Positions 18,552 through 27,236 of a stretch of 64,000 nt of DNA are shown here, piece by piece. Location: the NCBI GenBank assembly GCA_964623205.1, contig CAZUQX010000004.1, positions 38,064 to 102,063 on the forward strand, in the 5' to 3' direction. Origin of the DNA: an uncultured Candidatus Bathyarchaeia archaeon (GTDB lineage: Archaea; Thermoproteota; Bathyarchaeia; Bathyarchaeales; Bathyarchaeaceae). Under the pieces are notes generated by a model, which did not search any database, was not told the DNA's origin, and saw nothing but the letters and a program-made list of their open reading frames with translations. Numbering within the stretch: the first letter of the stretch is position 1; every line of letters begins with the position of its first letter. The translations under genes and the position numbers were made by a program.

Positions 18552-19592
18552 ATGGTGGTACGTGTGTCTGAAAAGAGCGTGGGTTGTCCTTCTGTTTCAA
18601 TTGTGATAGTGAACTTTAATGGGAGAGAATTTTTGAGGCAGTGTTTGCTCACGCTTTTGGATACGGATTATCCTAATTATGAGATTGTTGTTGTTGATAA
18701 TGCTTCGACGGATGGGAGTGTCGAGGAGGTAGAGAGGTGTTTTGGTTCGGATCCTCGCATAAAGTTTGTTAGAAACCGTGAGAATGTGGGGCATGCTGAG
18801 GGCTGTAATATTGGGGTGCGGGTGACTGGGGGGCGTTATATTGTTTTTTTGGATAGTGACACGGAATTCAGGGCTGAGGATTGGCTTTGGGAATTGGTTA
18901 GGGTTATGGAGAGCGATGAGGGTGTGGGGTTGGCGCAGGCTAAACTGGTGTTGGCTGAGGATAATGGTTGTTTGGATTATGTCTGTGTGGCTGTTGATGC
19001 TTTGGGTACGTGGGCTGCGACTTATGGGTTAAAGGATGAGGGGTTCAAAGAGAATTTTGAGATTTTGGCGGCGTCTTCGGGTTGTTGTATTGTTCGGAGG
19101 GAGGTTTTTGATGAGGCTGGAGGCTTTGATTCTGATTATTTCATTTATGATGATGACACTGATCTTTCTCTTCGGGTGAGGTTGTTGGGTTATCGGGTGT
19201 TGTTGGTTCCTTCTGCTGTGGTGGTTCATCGTGGTGGTGTCTTGAGGGGCTTGAATAGTAGGACTCTTTTTCATTCTTCTAAGAATCGGGTGCGGACTGC
19301 GCTTAAGAATTATGAGTTGAGGAATGTTTGGTGGAGGTTTTCGGTTTTGTCCTTTTTCACGTTTATTGTTTCTGTTGGTTTTGCTTTTTTGGGAAAGAGT
19401 GATGAGGCTAAGGCTACCTTCAAGGGGTTGCTGAGTCCAGTGAAGGACTTTCGGAGTATATGGAGGAAGAGGCTTGTGCTTCAGTCTAAAAGGCGCGTGA
19501 GAGACTGTGAGCTTGTTCGCAAAGGCTTCGTAAGAAACGACTTTCGGTCTACACTGCAGGATTTCAGGATAAAACTGAAACACATGCAATAG
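18552..19592 (+). CDS. Glycosyltransferase family 2
   Basis: VSIVIVNFNG...IVVVDNASTDGS...VFLDSDTEF. The coding strand is extremely G+T-rich. Confidence 0.8.
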   Translation: MVVRVSEKSVGCPSVSIVIVNFNGREFLRQCLLTLLDTDYPNYEIVVVDNASTDGSVEEVERCFGSDPRIKFVRNRENVGHAEGCNIGVRVTGGRYIVFLDSDTEFRAEDWLWELVRVMESDEGVGLAQAKLVLAEDNGCLDYVCVAVDALGTWAATYGLKDEGFKENFEILAASSGCCIVRREVFDEAGGFDSDYFIYDDDTDLSLRVRLLGYRVLLVPSAVVVHRGGVLRGLNSRTLFHSSKNRVRTALKNYELRNVWWRFSVLSFFTFIVSVGFAFLGKSDEAKATFKGLLSPVKDFRSIWRKRLVLQSKRRVRDCELVRKGFVRNDFRSTLQDFRIKLKHMQ

Positions 19593-19801
19593 TCAGCTGT
19601 TTTCCAGAAAAAAGCTTGTTTTCAACATAGAAGTATTATTGGGCTTCAAATAGGTTGGAGGAGTTTTTCAATATCTAAAACTGATCAGCGCATGTGATAG
19701 TAGCATCGTATTTTTGTTCTAGGTGCTCACGTTTTATTGTAAGCGGGGAGAATAAGATTTATCGTGATTTGTTGATTAAGTATTATGTGTAGTGGTAAGG
19801 T

Positions 19802-20275
19802 ATGGTTACGAAAAGGAAGAGTTGGGTTGAGAAGCTGCATGACAGTAAGGGCTTGCCTAAGGTTGAGAAGATCACTGAGAAAATGAGTAAGCGATGGGGT
19901 ACTGGGACCGTTGTTATTCCAGCACCTTTAGAGGTGGATGCGTTGATGAGGAAGGTGCCTGAGGGAAAGCTTGTTACTATTAATGGGCTTCGTGAGGCTC
20001 TTGCTAAGAAGCATAAGGCGTCTATTGGCTGTCCCATGACAACAGGCATCTTTGCCTGGGTGGCTGCCCATGCTGCTGAAGAGCAGAGACAAAACGGAGT
20101 TGAGGATATTACACCTTACTGGCGTACGTTGAAGGCGGGCGGGGTTCTGAATCCGAAATATCCGGGTGGAGTGGAAGGGCTGAAGAAGCTTCTGGAAGCA
20201 GAAGGACACAAGGTCGTTCAAAAAGGTAAAAAACATGTAGTTACTGATTACGAGAAATCGCTAATAGAACTCTGA
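19802..20275 (+). CDS. MGMT-family-like protein (no PCHRV active site seen)
   Basis: KRWGTGTVVIPAPLEVDALMRKVPEGKLVTINGLREALAKKH...GCPMTTGIFAWVAAHAAEE, recalled as the MGMT family protein pattern. Confidence 0.4.
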   Translation: MVTKRKSWVEKLHDSKGLPKVEKITEKMSKRWGTGTVVIPAPLEVDALMRKVPEGKLVTINGLREALAKKHKASIGCPMTTGIFAWVAAHAAEEQRQNGVEDITPYWRTLKAGGVLNPKYPGGVEGLKKLLEAEGHKVVQKGKKHVVTDYEKSLIEL

Positions 20276-20445
20276 AAACCCGCTCTTTTAATGCCACATG
20301 TTGCTAAAGACCAAAAAATCAGTCAGAAGCCCTAACTATTTAATGGTGGACGGGAATAGATCAAAGCCCGTGTTTGAACCCTCGCTTTAATATCGAAAAT
20401 GGGCTGAAATTGTGGAATTCTTGGCAATGTACCAAGCTGCAATTG

Positions 20446-21366
20446 TCATGTGGGTTGCTCAGACTTGGAATTAATTAGTATAAGTCGTTTTTCTGTAACA
20501 GATTTTCTTCTTTTCCCTGATTTGATCATGAGTTCTTTAGCAACGGTTTCAGCAGAAGTCAATTTCCTTAATGCTGTTAACCAAGCCGCCGCTTTAATAT
20601 CAGCGTGGAATATCCATTCTCTGTTTGCATTTATGGCTTCTTTTGGACAGATTTCTTGGCATGCAAAGCAGAAGATGCAAAATTCAGGCAAGATAATGGG
20701 CTTGCCTTCTTTTATCTGAAGGGCGTGAGTAGGGCATATATCTACGCAAGCCATGCACCCTTTTGGGCATAGATCCGCATTCAACTCGATGGTTCCATGA
20801 AAGGGTTTTTTCACCTTTATTGCATTTTCAGGACAGAAATACTCACAACGTTTACAGTTGAAACAAAGAGACTCGTTGATTTGTACATCAGTTATTTCAA
20901 GTATTATTCCATTTTCTGAGCTTTTAGTTGAAACTTTAATGGCTTCTGTGGGACACTCCTCTTGGCATCTAAGTTCACAGTCTGGTTTACATTTCTCTTC
21001 AGTAACCTTGATTTCTCTTATAAAAACCGGAAAAGCCTCGTTTTTCACAATTGTAGAGATTTCCTTACCGTCAACCTTCATTACCAGGGCGCTTAGGGGG
21101 CACAATACCGCACACTCGCCACATAGGATACAAGAATCGATGTTGAAATCAATTTTTGGTTTTTTGGCCAGCCGTCCCTCAACTATTGATGCAGGAAGTT
21201 TCTCTATGGCTTCTTTTGGACAGATTTCAGCGCATAATCCACAGCCATTACATAATTTTTTGTTTAAATGTAAAGAATAGTTTCTAGTAAGAAAACTCCT
21301 TTCAATCTTAATTTCTCTTCGATTTTCTCGCTTAATTAGTTCTCCGCGCAAAACATCCGCCACCAA
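20446..21366 (-). CDS. Polyferredoxin-like protein with six [4Fe-4S] binding motifs
   Basis: Six CxxCxxCxxxCP-type motifs (CNGCGLCAEICP, CILCGECAVLCP, CFNCKRCEYFCP, CIFCFACQEICP and others). Confidence 0.8.
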   Translation of the reverse strand: MVADVLRGELIKRENRREIKIERSFLTRNYSLHLNKKLCNGCGLCAEICPKEAIEKLPASIVEGRLAKKPKIDFNIDSCILCGECAVLCPLSALVMKVDGKEISTIVKNEAFPVFIREIKVTEEKCKPDCELRCQEECPTEAIKVSTKSSENGIILEITDVQINESLCFNCKRCEYFCPENAIKVKKPFHGTIELNADLCPKGCMACVDICPTHALQIKEGKPIILPEFCIFCFACQEICPKEAINANREWIFHADIKAAAWLTALRKLTSAETVAKELMIKSGKRRKSVTEKRLILINSKSEQPT

Positions 21367-21412
21367 ATGGGTTTGAATTCTTTCTGTCTATGGTGATCAT
21401 ATCTTTCCAACC

Positions 21413-23854
21413 TTAGGCTGCTACCTGCACCTTTTTTGGAGTTAAAGTGGTAACCGTCTTTTCTATCTCTTCTCTGGTGACTCCCTCAACGATTTTTTGC
21501 ATCTCCTTAATTTTTGAGGCAAATCTCTCCCCTTCAGCTGCACTGATCCAAGCCAATTGAAGCCGATTCTTATCTAATCTCAACATATCCATTTTTTTCC
21601 ACAATCTTTCAACCCGTTTCTTGGTTTGATAATTGGCGTCTATGTAGTGGCAGTCATTCAAGTGACAGCCTGCAACCAACACTGCTGCAGCTCCTCGGGC
21701 AAAAGCTCGTTCAACAAACTTTGGAGATACCCTGCCTGAGCACATTGTTCTGATGATTCGCACGCTGGGAGGGTACTGCATCCTGCTAACTCCAGCAAAA
21801 TCCGCTCCCGCATAGGAGCACCAGTTACAACAGAAAGCTATGATTTTCTTGTCCGCATCCTTTTCAGTTGCCGCATCTATCTGCGCGTACAGTTGCTCGT
21901 CAGTGAAGTGCCTCATCTCGATGGCAGCGAATGGACACTCTGCACCACAAGTGCCACATCCAGCACATGCCGCTTCAACTACTTTCGATTCTTTTTTGTC
22001 CTTGTCGACAGTAATCGCGTTGTATGGACAGACTCTGGCACATAAGCCGCATCCTGTGCACTTTTCTTGGGACATCAGGGGTGTGATGGCTTCTACTGTA
22101 ACACATCCTTTCGCCATGAGAATACCCGCCCGGGCTGCTGCGGCACTTGCTTGTGTCACGCTGTCTTTGATGTCTTTTGGGGCTTCAGCACAACCAGCAA
22201 GAAAGACTCCTCCCGTTGGGGTATCTACGGGTTTTAATTTCGGGTGGGCTTCCATGAAGAAACCGTCTGATGTTTTAGATAGTGTTAGGAGACGCTGAAC
22301 CACACCGCTGTCATCTCTGGGTATAAGGCCTACAGATAAAACCACCATCTCTGTTTCCAAAACGTAAAACTTGTTCAAGGTCATGTCTTCTCCAATAAGG
22401 TGCAAATTGTTGGTGTCTTTATCTTCAACTATTTCCCCAGGTAATCCGCGGATAAAAATTACACCTTCGCGCTTTGCTCTCTTGTACAAATCCTCAAAAC
22501 CTTTACCATACGCCCTTATGTCCATGTAGAAGACATATAGTTTGGTTTCGGGCCAATGTTCCTTGATTAAGAGGCAATCTTTGATTGTATTCATGCAGCA
22601 CACGTTGCTGCAATATGAGTTTCCCCTTTTCTCAGAACGCGAACCTATGCACTGGATGAATGCGACAGCTTTTGGAATCTGCAAGTCACTTGGACGCAAA
22701 AGACGACCTCCAGTGGGCCCACCTGCATTTATAAGCCGTTCAAACTCCATGGAGGTTATTACATTCGGAAATTTCATGTATCCATATTCTGTCAAAGCAA
22801 CAGGATCAAAAACATCTAGGCCGGTGGCTACGATAATAGTTCCAACATCCAGCTCAACTTCTTCGGCTTTGTCATTGAAGTCAATGGCTTCAGGCCCGCA
22901 GACTTCTTTACACTTTGCACAAGTATTCGGGTCTAGGCCCAGACAGCTCTTTTCGTCGATAAGGTAAAGTGCTGGAACACTCTGGGCAAAAGGGATGTAG
23001 ATCGCTTTTCGCCAAGTAAGCCCTACCTCAAATTCATTGGGGACTTCTACTGGGCACACATCAACGCAATCACCACAGGTTGTGCATTCTTTTTTAACGT
23101 ATCTTGGCTTCTTCAGGACCTTAACTTTGAAGTTTCCGATATATCCACCAACCTCAGTAACCTCACTGTTTGCCAACAGTTCGATGTTCGGATGCTTACC
23201 TACATCAGACATTTTTGGCGCTAGAATACATATTGAACAATCCATTGTTGGGAAAGTCTTATCGATCTGAGCCATTTTCCCGCCGATGCTAGGGCTCTTC
23301 TCCACGAGGTAGACCTTGTAGCCCGTATCTGCCAAATCCAGAGCTGCTTGGATTCCCGCAACTCCTCCTCCTATTATTAACGCCTTTCTTGCTACTGGGA
23401 CCACAGCCTCTTCTTGGGGTTCTATTAGTGCCGCCCTCGCGACGGACATGCGAACTAGATCCTTGGCTTTCGCTGTAGCCTTTTCTGGTTCGTACAGGTG
23501 TACCCAACTGCAGTGTTCTCTGATGTTAGCCATCTCGAAAAGGTACTTGTTTAGTCCAGCCTCTTCACAGGTTCTTCTAAAGGTTGGTTCATGGAGGCGA
23601 GGGGTGCATGATGCAACTACAACTCTGTTGAGGCTATGTTCCATTATGTCTTTCTTGATTGTTTCCTGTCCTGGATCCGAACAGGTGTATAGATTATGCT
23701 TTGAAAGAACGACATGGGGAAGAGTGGAAGCATATTCTGCTACGTCCGCACAGTCCACTGACCCAGCTATGTTTTTTCCGCAGTGACAAACATAGACTCC
23801 TATCCGAATCTCATCTGATTCTTGCTTTACTCCTTTCGTCTGCTTTTCAGCCAT
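21413..23854 (-). CDS. hdrA: HdrA-like flavoprotein fused to a C-terminal MvhD/FlpD domain
   Basis: N-terminal Cys domain VYVCHCGKNIAG; FAD site IIGGGVAGIQAALDLA...DKTFPTMDCSICILAPKM; C-terminal FCCNWCSYAGADFAG...MCSGRV...GCHLNDCHY (MvhD). Confidence 0.85.
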   Translation of the reverse strand: MAEKQTKGVKQESDEIRIGVYVCHCGKNIAGSVDCADVAEYASTLPHVVLSKHNLYTCSDPGQETIKKDIMEHSLNRVVVASCTPRLHEPTFRRTCEEAGLNKYLFEMANIREHCSWVHLYEPEKATAKAKDLVRMSVARAALIEPQEEAVVPVARKALIIGGGVAGIQAALDLADTGYKVYLVEKSPSIGGKMAQIDKTFPTMDCSICILAPKMSDVGKHPNIELLANSEVTEVGGYIGNFKVKVLKKPRYVKKECTTCGDCVDVCPVEVPNEFEVGLTWRKAIYIPFAQSVPALYLIDEKSCLGLDPNTCAKCKEVCGPEAIDFNDKAEEVELDVGTIIVATGLDVFDPVALTEYGYMKFPNVITSMEFERLINAGGPTGGRLLRPSDLQIPKAVAFIQCIGSRSEKRGNSYCSNVCCMNTIKDCLLIKEHWPETKLYVFYMDIRAYGKGFEDLYKRAKREGVIFIRGLPGEIVEDKDTNNLHLIGEDMTLNKFYVLETEMVVLSVGLIPRDDSGVVQRLLTLSKTSDGFFMEAHPKLKPVDTPTGGVFLAGCAEAPKDIKDSVTQASAAAARAGILMAKGCVTVEAITPLMSQEKCTGCGLCARVCPYNAITVDKDKKESKVVEAACAGCGTCGAECPFAAIEMRHFTDEQLYAQIDAATEKDADKKIIAFCCNWCSYAGADFAGVSRMQYPPSVRIIRTMCSGRVSPKFVERAFARGAAAVLVAGCHLNDCHYIDANYQTKKRVERLWKKMDMLRLDKNRLQLAWISAAEGERFASKIKEMQKIVEGVTREEIEKTVTTLTPKKVQVAA

Positions 23855-23863
23855 TTCCCTTTG

Positions 23864-25468
23864 TCACCTTTCACCATTTTTTTGGTCCAATGCCTTCGCA
23901 AAGAGTACCGGCAGATCATAGATCTTCAGATTAACCTCTGATCGTTTGATGGGCAATTCACCATCAGTGGCACATTTTAGGTGAATCTGACATTTGGGAC
24001 AGGAAGTGATTAACCAGTCGGCTCCTGCTGCTTTAGCCTCTTTTAGTCTGTTAAGTTGGGTTTGTTTCGAGAGTTTCCCGCAATTTAGCCACGAGCTCAC
24101 TCCACAACAGAGGGAATTTTCTCTGTTTCTTTCCATTTCCAACAGTTCAATATCTGGAATACTGTTGATGACGGTTCGGGGGGGATCGTACACGCCCATG
24201 TGCCTGCCAAGTCGGCACGAGTCATGGTAAGTCACTTTCTTCTCCTTGAATGTTGAGGGAAGTTCTATCTTTTCGTTTTCGATTAATTCAGCCAAGAATT
24301 CTGAAATATGAAGGACCTCAAAGTCAAGGTCCCCAACTACTTCCGGATAGTCAAGCTTCAGGGTTCTATAGCACTCTGCACATGATGTTACCACCTTTTT
24401 TGCCTTTGACTTTCTTATGGCAGATACATTTATTCTTGCCAACTTCTCGAAGTTCACCTTGTCTCCTGTGAAGTGAAGATCATGACCACAGCACCTTTCG
24501 TTCTTTAGAAGTACTGGTTCTATTCCAGCTCTGTTGAGTATCCTAACTACACTCCTTGCTGTTTCGAGAGTTTTTACTTTGATGTCCCTAAACATCACAT
24601 CGAAGTAGGGAAGGCAACCCACAAAGTAGAGAACATCTCCGCTCTCAGAAAATTTGGCGCCTCTAGGAAGCCATTTCATTCGACTTTGATCTATTTTGGG
24701 ATTCGCCATTATCCTCTGTAAATCCAAAAGTATGTCCTTGTGAGCGCAACTCTGAGTCCTCCCCAACAGCCTCGCCTCTTCTCGGCAGGCTATCATGAAG
24801 TCAACATAACGAACATTTGATGGACATCTTTCTGTACAAAGGCCACATGTCAAACAGTTCCAGATGCCTTCATCAAGGAAGGGAGCCCCCTCAGTCCCTG
24901 TCAGAACCCTTCTAACAGTCATTCTTGGAGAAAAATCAGGATTCATCCTCGTTATTGGGCAGCTGCTGGAACATTTGGTACACTCTAGGCATAACCGTAT
25001 GTTTGTTTTTTCAACCACCTCTGAGAAATGCTCTCTTTCAGCAGGAACAGTCTCTTCGCCAATTTGCGGCTTCAATGGATTTGACCCGATTCTGTTGAGT
25101 GTTGCTGTGAAATCTTCTATTGTTTTAGCGAACTTTTGTCCTTCAGAAGCAGAAATCCATTCCAAGCGCAGTCTCTTGGAGCCTAACCCTAATAGTTTGA
25201 GAAGTTCTTTGGTGCTCTTCACCCGCTTCTCAGCCTTCAGATTTCCGCTAACATAATGGCAGTCACCTGGATGGCATCCGGAGACCAAGACGCCGTCTAT
25301 TCCCTCCTTGAAGGAGTTAATGATAAATGAGGGATCGACTCTTCCGCTGCACATAACTCGGATAGGCCGTACGTTTGCTGGGTAGTTGATTCTGCTTGTT
25401 CCCGCGAGGTCTGCCCCTGCGTAGCTACACCAATTGCATAGAAAGGCCAAGATCTCTGGCTTAGCCAT
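23864..25468 (-). CDS. MvhD-HdrC-HdrB triple-domain fusion protein
   Basis: N-terminal MvhD (FLCNWCSYAGADLAG...GCHPGDCHY), two ferredoxin motifs (CLECTKCSSSCP, CLTCGLCTERCP), and CCG domains (ERCCGHD, SLCCGVSS). Start placed at MAKPEIL (25468) to avoid overlapping the upstream stop. Confidence 0.75.
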   Translation of the reverse strand: MAKPEILAFLCNWCSYAGADLAGTSRINYPANVRPIRVMCSGRVDPSFIINSFKEGIDGVLVSGCHPGDCHYVSGNLKAEKRVKSTKELLKLLGLGSKRLRLEWISASEGQKFAKTIEDFTATLNRIGSNPLKPQIGEETVPAEREHFSEVVEKTNIRLCLECTKCSSSCPITRMNPDFSPRMTVRRVLTGTEGAPFLDEGIWNCLTCGLCTERCPSNVRYVDFMIACREEARLLGRTQSCAHKDILLDLQRIMANPKIDQSRMKWLPRGAKFSESGDVLYFVGCLPYFDVMFRDIKVKTLETARSVVRILNRAGIEPVLLKNERCCGHDLHFTGDKVNFEKLARINVSAIRKSKAKKVVTSCAECYRTLKLDYPEVVGDLDFEVLHISEFLAELIENEKIELPSTFKEKKVTYHDSCRLGRHMGVYDPPRTVINSIPDIELLEMERNRENSLCCGVSSWLNCGKLSKQTQLNRLKEAKAAGADWLITSCPKCQIHLKCATDGELPIKRSEVNLKIYDLPVLFAKALDQKNGER

Positions 25469-27224
25469 TGTGTGACAACCCTCCATAAGCCGCCTTTATC
25501 TGCGCCAGTATCTGTTTATCCGTGAAGTGCTTCATCGTGATCGCGCCTGTGGGACAAGCACTCGCGCAGGAGCCACAACCCTTGCACACAACCTCATTGA
25601 CTTTTGCAAGTATCATTGGCGCGAGGACAAAAGGTTCAACATCTAAGACCTTTCTGTCCAGATTGATGGCATTATATTCGCAAACCTCTTGGCATTTGCC
25701 GCAGCCTCTACAAAGTTCCTCGTTTACAGTAGCCGTGATGGCTTCGGATCGTACACGGCCCTTGGCCATGGGAATTACTGCTGAAGAGGCAGCGGCGTGA
25801 GCTTGGATTATGCTTTCATCCAAAGCTTTTGGACCGTGAGCTGTTCCACAAAGATAAATTCCATCGGTTGCGAAGTCCACTGGCCTTAGTTTGATATGGG
25901 CTTCAAGGAAGAATTCGTCAGAGCCCAAAGGCACCTTAAGTGAACGAGATAGGGACTTTGCTGATTCATGTTGAACCAGAGGCGTGGACAGCACAACTAG
26001 ATCACAGTCTAAGGTAATCTCTTTTCCAATAAGGGTATGAAAAACATTAACCGCCAGCCTATCATCTGATCTTGGCTTGACTGTGGGGCGTCTTTCCGGT
26101 AGGTAATTGATGAATTTTACGTTTTGTTCTTGGGCTCTGAGATAATACTTTTCATATTCCTTGCCGTAGGCCTGGAGGTCACGGTAGAGTATGTAGATTT
26201 CTGAGCTAGGCTTCACTTCTTTGATTAGGAGGGCGTTTTTCAAAGCGGTAGCACAACAGATTCTTGAACAGTACTCCCTTCCCTCTACTTCGTCCATAGC
26301 TCCAACACATTGGATCATAACAACTTTGTTCACTTTCTGGTGGAGCCCTCTTTTCAAAAGTCGCTCCAATTCGAGTTGTGTTATCACGTTCTCGAGTTCA
26401 CCGTAAAAGTACATGCCTATTGGTTTGAATTCTTCTGCACCGGTAGCCACAATTATGGTGCCGACATTAAATGTGATTCTCTCTTTTCCATCCTTTAGCG
26501 CAGTAACTTCATAGTTTCCTATGAAGCCTTTCACGTCCTCAACAACCGTTGATGTGTAGAGGTCAATCTTATTGTTGGCTTTCACCGCTTTGGCAGCTGA
26601 TTTCAAGATTTCTGAGGCATATTCTCCGGTAGGATACAGTATGTAAAGGTCCCGCAGCATTCCGCCAATGGCGGGTTCTTTTTCGATGAGGTAGACCTTA
26701 AAACCTTGATAAGCCAGACTTAGGGCAGCTTGAATGCCTGAGATACCCGCGCCAATGACTAAGCTAGAGGGCGTAACCTCCACCTCTGTCTCTTCTTGCG
26801 GTTTAAGGGACCAAGCCTTTGCTATTGCCATTCTCACTATTCCTTTGGCCTTCAGAGTGGCTTCTTCGGGTTCTTGCATGTGGACCCAACTGCAGTGTTC
26901 TCGAATGTTAGCCATCTCGAAGAGGTATTTGTTTAATCCAGCCTCTTCGCAGGTTTCTCTGAAGAGAGATTCATGGGTTCTGGGGGTGCATGATGCCACA
27001 ACAACTCTGTTAAGACCATACTTCTCTATCGCCTCTTTGATTCGCCTTATTCCATCGGAAGAACAAGTGTAGAGATTACTTTCAGCATAAACCACTCCAG
27101 GCAGAATCTTAGCGTAATTTACAATCTTTGGAATGTCAATTATTCCGCCAATGTTTATGCCGCAGTGGCAAATGAAAACACCTATCTTCGGTGTTTTATC
27201 CATGAGTCCCTTCTTGTTCTTCAT
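25461..27224 (-). CDS. hdrA: Divergent HdrA-like flavoprotein (second paralog)
   Basis: VFICHCGINIGG N-domain, VIGAGISGIQAALSLA FAD site, and a C-terminal 2x[4Fe-4S] region (CRGCGKCQEVCE, CKGCGSCASACP). Confidence 0.8.
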   Translation of the reverse strand: MKNKKGLMDKTPKIGVFICHCGINIGGIIDIPKIVNYAKILPGVVYAESNLYTCSSDGIRRIKEAIEKYGLNRVVVASCTPRTHESLFRETCEEAGLNKYLFEMANIREHCSWVHMQEPEEATLKAKGIVRMAIAKAWSLKPQEETEVEVTPSSLVIGAGISGIQAALSLAYQGFKVYLIEKEPAIGGMLRDLYILYPTGEYASEILKSAAKAVKANNKIDLYTSTVVEDVKGFIGNYEVTALKDGKERITFNVGTIIVATGAEEFKPIGMYFYGELENVITQLELERLLKRGLHQKVNKVVMIQCVGAMDEVEGREYCSRICCATALKNALLIKEVKPSSEIYILYRDLQAYGKEYEKYYLRAQEQNVKFINYLPERRPTVKPRSDDRLAVNVFHTLIGKEITLDCDLVVLSTPLVQHESAKSLSRSLKVPLGSDEFFLEAHIKLRPVDFATDGIYLCGTAHGPKALDESIIQAHAAASSAVIPMAKGRVRSEAITATVNEELCRGCGKCQEVCEYNAINLDRKVLDVEPFVLAPMILAKVNEVVCKGCGSCASACPTGAITMKHFTDKQILAQIKAAYGGLSHNG

Positions 27225-27236
27225 CTTTTTCTCCTC

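Noticed and set aside
19029-19589. 186-aa antisense ORF inside the plus-strand GT2 gene
   Set aside because: Same compositional artefact: the antisense of a G+T-rich strand lacks stop codons. The sense frame carries the GT2 DxD core.
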